A stretch of DNA of 64,000 nucleotides, from contig SVMR01000009.1 of NCBI GenBank assembly GCA_015067315.1, positions 16,815 through 80,814 on the forward strand, given 5' to 3'. Within the stretch, counting starts at the first letter, position 1; the number at the start of each line of letters is the position of its first letter. Both the position numbers and the translations under genes were made by a program. The stretch comes from Oscillospiraceae bacterium (GTDB taxonomy: Bacteria > Bacillota > Clostridia > Oscillospirales > Ruminococcaceae). The notes under the pieces are model-generated. The model made no database searches, was not told where the DNA came from, and saw nothing but the letters and a program-made list of their open reading frames with translations. This document shows positions 63,104 through 64,000 of this stretch, one piece after another.

Positions 63104-63997
63104 TCACATTGCAAGAGCCTTCGCAAGGGCAGGTTTCAGTTTTTGATAAATCTCCTCAAAATCCGAAAGCGGAAGGGGATTTTTTCCTTTTCCGATTTCA
63201 ACGGTGAACCCCGGGCGTCCGAATCTTTCAATATACCAATCCTTTAAACCGCCTTTTGATGCCATTCCGGAGGGAAAAGCGGTTTTATATCCGCAGGCTT
63301 TTGCAAATTCCTCCGCAATATCCCTGCTTATAATCGGCGTTTTCCGCCCGTAATACCAATAAACCTCCTCCCCCTGGGAATGGAAGGAATAAAGGCGCTT
63401 TATGTCAAAAGTGCTGCAAAAACCGCAGACCGCCCTTGTTTCCGGTTCGGAAAAAGCCCGGGGACCGCCGTATTTCCCCGGCGCAGGACCGAAAATCCTG
63501 TTTTTCCGCTCCTCTTCCCGAAGCTCTTCCCAACCCGCCCCGAAATTGTGATTTATGTCAACTCCCCTTGCGTTTGCGTTCCAATGGGCAAAATCCCCTT
63601 TCGCAAGTCTTTCAATATGTCCCGCGGAGGAAAAAGCGCCCCTGCTCCCGATAAGATTTATTTCGACCCCGTCCGGATTGAGAACCGGAATCACCGAAAA
63701 ACCTCTTTTTCCGATCGCTTCGGCAATATTTATTCCGCAGAGTTTTTCGCCTTTTTCAAACGCCCCGCAAACTTCGTCAAAAAACCGGAAAAGAACAAGC
63801 CCCGTCAGCCATTCGCTTCCGTGGGTTGCCCCGGCAAAAAGCACCGAACCCACAGGATTTCCGATTGTCAAAACGGAAATTTTTCTTCCGAGAACGCTTT
63901 TTCCGATAAAAAAGCTTTTTGCAAAAGGATATCTTTTCAAAATTGCGTTAACGTATTTTGCCGCCTTTTCCCCGGTCGGCGGATTTTTAAAATCCAA
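63104..63997 (-). CDS. M14 family zinc carboxypeptidase (gamma-D-glutamyl-meso-diaminopimelate peptidase-like)
   Basis: 297 aa. Zinc motif GATHGSEWLTG (HxxE) and later FHSQGEEVYW. The start lies 3 nt from the window edge, so the N-terminus is not fully certain. Confidence 0.75.
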   Translation of the reverse strand: MDFKNPPTGEKAAKYVNAILKRYPFAKSFFIGKSVLGRKISVLTIGNPVGSVLFAGATHGSEWLTGLVLFRFFDEVCGAFEKGEKLCGINIAEAIGKRGFSVIPVLNPDGVEINLIGSRGAFSSAGHIERLAKGDFAHWNANARGVDINHNFGAGWEELREEERKNRIFGPAPGKYGGPRAFSEPETRAVCGFCSTFDIKRLYSFHSQGEEVYWYYGRKTPIISRDIAEEFAKACGYKTAFPSGMASKGGLKDWYIERFGRPGFTVEIGKGKNPLPLSDFEEIYQKLKPALAKALAM

Positions 63998-64000
63998 AAA

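Overview
This is a 64-kb chromosomal segment from a Bacillota (Clostridia-like) genome. That placement rests on a T-box leader on pheS, a PyrR attenuator, Gram-positive lipoboxes and strong AGGAGG-type ribosome-binding sites (RBS). I call 64 protein genes, almost all core housekeeping. They include glmM, ruvCAB, nnr, pheST, deoB, asnA, murD, two M42 peptidases, an amino-acid ABC transporter, GTP-type PEP carboxykinase, tsaD, htrA, two OmpR-type two-component systems, ychF, dCMP deaminase, pyrR plus a uracil permease, bcp and prmC. There are also two tRNAs (Val-GAC, Leu-TAG), many clear rho-independent terminators and several near-consensus sigma-A promoters. I saw no rRNA, CRISPR array, transposase, integrase, phage gene or recognisable defence gene. 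The unusual content is non-coding: a modular, multi-hairpin intergenic repeat family present at 12 or more loci, about one per 5 kb. Short forms are five-hairpin units of 110-140 nt. Two long foldback forms (about 330-400 nt, with inverted module ends and a nearly identical 130-nt arm) flank pckA-tsaD in direct orientation. Homologous hairpins in different copies carry different but still complementary stems, which suggests the structure matters more than the sequence. I cannot assign the family to a described element from memory. Secondary items are an extra gene and a repeat splitting pheS from pheT, a 55-codon ribbon-helix-helix ORF missing from the ORF track, several unusual domain fusions, and genome-wide long antisense shadow ORFs explained by codon bias. 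All calls come from reading the sequence and ORF translations; no searches were run.
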